64,000 bases of DNA from Bacteroidia bacterium (GTDB lineage Bacteria; Bacteroidota; Bacteroidia; M30B66), in the NCBI GenBank assembly GCA_965279035.1, contig OZ257142.1, forward strand, positions 1,248,001 to 1,312,000, given 5' to 3'. Of this stretch, positions 61,494 to 64,000 are shown in pieces. The notes below the pieces were generated by a model. The model had not been told where the DNA came from, did no database searches, and was given only the letters and a program-made list of their open reading frames with translations. Numbering within the stretch: the first letter of the stretch is position 1; each line of letters begins with the position of its first letter. The position numbers and the translations under genes were made by a program.

Positions 61494-63587
61494 ATGATGA
61501 AAATTAATTACTACTCAAGCTTTCTCATTTTATTCTTGATTTTATCTGAGTCAATTTATGCTCAAGTAAGTCCAAAGAATGATAATTTTTTAGAACGAAA
61601 AATTGAAAACCTAGCTGAGAATACTACACAGGATGTTGATTACACGAATATTTTCGACAATCTCGCTTTCTTGCAAGAACATCCGATGGATTTGAATTCA
61701 GCGACATCTGATCAACTTGAGCAATTGCTCATTTTAAATGATTTTCAGATAGCCAATTTGATCAAACACCGTGAGGATTATGGAAAATTACTTTCTGTTT
61801 TTGAGCTACAAGCTGTTGAAGGATTTGATCTCGCATTAATTTATCAGTTACTACCTTATGTAAAAGTAGATCGAGACTTAAATCGTTTGAATATTTCTTT
61901 AAAAGATATGATGCGCTATTCAACGCAGGAACTATTCTTTCGTGTATCTCAAACAATTGAACAGCAAAAAGGATTTTCACCCATTAGTTCTGAAGATTTA
62001 GCTGCAAATCCGAATGCCCGATATTTAGGTAGTCCGCAACGGCTTTTTACTCGATATCGATATAAATACGGAAATTATTTTAGTGCAGGTTTTACTGCGG
62101 AAAAAGATGCTGGGGAAGAATTTTTTAAAGGTTCGCAAAAGCAAGGTTTCGACTTTATGACTGGACATATTGCAGTTCAGAATATTGGCAAATTAAAATC
62201 GTTGAATATTGGTGATTATCAAGCTCAATTTGGACAAGGACTAACTTTTTGGTCCGGATTTGCATTTGGAAAGACTGCTGATGTTTTGAGTATTAAACGC
62301 AGTGCAATTGGATTAAAGCCCTATACTTCAGTAAATGAAAATTTGTTTTTAAGAGGAGCCGCTACAACTTGGAGAATAGGAAAATTTGAAGCAACTGTTT
62401 TTGGTTCTGATAAAAAGGTGAATACAAATGCTGCATCGATTGATTCTGTTAGTCAGGATTTACAAGCATTTTCCAACTTCAATTTAAGTGGTTTTCATAG
62501 AACTCCTTCCGAATTATTAGATAAAGGAAATATTCGTGAAAGGATTGCAGGTACACATATCGCCTTTAAGAAACGATCTTTCCAACTTGGTGTTACTGGA
62601 GTTCATTATAACTATAGCGCTCCATTAACTAGAAGTTTGTCACCTTATAATGCATTCGAATTCCGTGGTCAAACAGCTACTAATATTGGAATGGATTATA
62701 ATTGGATTTATCGGAATTTTAATTTATTTGGTGAATTTGCTCGAAGTGCAAATGGTGGATTAGCCTGCACAAATGGGTTTATAGCTAGCTTAGATCCAAG
62801 ACTCACTTTTACTTTTCTTTACCGGAATTTTGCACGCGATTATCATTCTATATATGGTGCAACTATTAGTGAAGGATCTCGAAATATTAATGAAAAAGGA
62901 ACGTATATCGGAATGGTTGCAAAACCAATCAATTACTTTACGATTTCGGCCTATTTTGATCGTTGGCAATTTCCTTGGCTTAAATATTTAGTTGATGCAC
63001 CATCGGGTGGATATGATGGTTTGGTTCAAGTGAATTATACTCCATCTAAAACAGTCGATATGTATTTCCGATATCGAGATAGAATACGTTCTCGAAATAT
63101 TACAGGGGAAGATGATATCGATATTGATTATCCAATTGGTCAACATCAACAAAATTTCCGATTTGATATTTCGTACAAAATATCACCCTCATTTAAACTT
63201 AGAAATCGTATTGAATATGTGAGATTTAATCAACCTAATCATGCCATGGAAACCGGCTATGTCATGTTGCAAGACATAGTTTATAAACCTCTCGGGAAGC
63301 CAGTTACATTCTCATTTCGTTATGCACTTTTTGATACTGATGGGTATAATTCTAGAATTTATGCATACGAGAGTGATGTACTTTATTCGTTTTCTATTCC
63401 AGCATATTTCTATAAAGGTTCACGAACTTATTTAACTCTACAATACGATATTACTCGTAAAATAGATATGTGGTTCCGTATAGCTCAATTCTATTATTCA
63501 AATAAAGATTATACAGGTTCAGGATTATCAGAAGTGCAAGGACATGTCCGTTCCGATTTCCGTATTCAAATCCGATTTAAGTTTTAA
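61494..63587 (+). CDS. Helix-hairpin-helix (ComEA-like) domain outer-membrane protein
   Basis: Signal peptide; PMDLNSAT..QL...YG...ELQAVEG HhH; AEKDAGE, YAYESDV; C-terminal QIRFKF. Confidence 0.82.
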   Translation: MMKINYYSSFLILFLILSESIYAQVSPKNDNFLERKIENLAENTTQDVDYTNIFDNLAFLQEHPMDLNSATSDQLEQLLILNDFQIANLIKHREDYGKLLSVFELQAVEGFDLALIYQLLPYVKVDRDLNRLNISLKDMMRYSTQELFFRVSQTIEQQKGFSPISSEDLAANPNARYLGSPQRLFTRYRYKYGNYFSAGFTAEKDAGEEFFKGSQKQGFDFMTGHIAVQNIGKLKSLNIGDYQAQFGQGLTFWSGFAFGKTADVLSIKRSAIGLKPYTSVNENLFLRGAATTWRIGKFEATVFGSDKKVNTNAASIDSVSQDLQAFSNFNLSGFHRTPSELLDKGNIRERIAGTHIAFKKRSFQLGVTGVHYNYSAPLTRSLSPYNAFEFRGQTATNIGMDYNWIYRNFNLFGEFARSANGGLACTNGFIASLDPRLTFTFLYRNFARDYHSIYGATISEGSRNINEKGTYIGMVAKPINYFTISAYFDRWQFPWLKYLVDAPSGGYDGLVQVNYTPSKTVDMYFRYRDRIRSRNITGEDDIDIDYPIGQHQQNFRFDISYKISPSFKLRNRIEYVRFNQPNHAMETGYVMLQDIVYKPLGKPVTFSFRYALFDTDGYNSRIYAYESDVLYSFSIPAYFYKGSRTYLTLQYDITRKIDMWFRIAQFYYSNKDYTGSGLSEVQGHVRSDFRIQIRFKF

Positions 63588-64000
63588 TTGTTGATTTCTT
63601 GTCTTACGAATTCAAGTAATTCTTGAACATATTCAGGTGAAAAATCAAATTTAATATCCGCCATTTCGTATAATTCCGGTAATGTTTTGGTATAGCCAAG
63701 ACTCAATGTATGCTCAAATGCACTTAATGCTTTTGTTGGGTTTGTCTTATAATTTCTCCAAATTCCAATTGCAGCAAGTTGAGCTATACCATATTCTATA
63801 TAATAAAACGGTACTTCAAAAACATGAAGTTGTCGATGCCATGCGGATTGTTCAAACTCAGGATAAGAAGTTCTATCAATGATCTTCCCTGAAAAACGGC
63901 GATAAACTGAAAGCCATGCATTTTTTCTTTCTTCTCTTGAATGATTGGGATTTTCGTAAATCCAATGTTGAAAAGCATCTATGGTTGCAATCCAAGGAAG
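63584..64000 (-). CDS. M3 family oligoendopeptidase F, 3' part (partial)
   Basis: Minus frame reads ...WHRQLHVFEVPFYYIEYGIAQLAAIGIW...LPELYEMADIKFDFS...QEINN*; not in the ORF track. Confidence 0.88.
   Translation of the reverse strand, partial: LPWIATIDAFQHWIYENPNHSREERKNAWLSVYRRFSGKIIDRTSYPEFEQSAWHRQLHVFEVPFYYIEYGIAQLAAIGIWRNYKTNPTKALSAFEHTLSLGYTKTLPELYEMADIKFDFSPEYVQELLEFVRQEINN

Noticed and set aside
63682-63978. ORF-track calls 63682..63882 (+) and 63796..63978 (-)
   Set aside because: The real coding frame is the partial minus-strand M3 oligoendopeptidase ending at 63584

Overview
AT-rich chromosomal window from a Bacteroidota bacterium, judged from T9SS C-terminal domains, porT, TAnnTTTG -7 promoter elements and Bacteroidota-type gene order. 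Most of it is housekeeping: rnz, miaA, cca, dapD/dapF, guaB, a PPIase/SurA cluster, gap, degP, ubiE-porT, hemE, pyrG, pckA, yidC, adk, hpt, purK/purE. I saw no tRNA, rRNA, CRISPR array or transposase. The best candidate for a new system is a coupled three-gene operon at 34.2-36.8 kb. It encodes a divergent ribulose-phosphate-epimerase-fold protein with a CBS-like tail, a DAH7P-synthase-like aldolase, and a KdsC-type phosphatase with an XRE-HTH-like N-terminus. It parallels kdsD-kdsA-kdsC with different parts and may make a Kdo analogue, or Kdo by a new route. Other standouts are an intact oligopeptidase B fused to a DUF5686-type outer-membrane barrel; a ~3,690 aa T9SS CUB/FnIII-repeat protein almost free of Lys/Arg, preceded by a small basic repeat protein; an HhH-plus-barrel gene pair; an apparent inversion separating pyrG from yidC; and several probable leaderless transcripts. 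All family calls come from motif recognition by eye, with no database search. Some starts were moved from the ORF track, as noted in the evidence.
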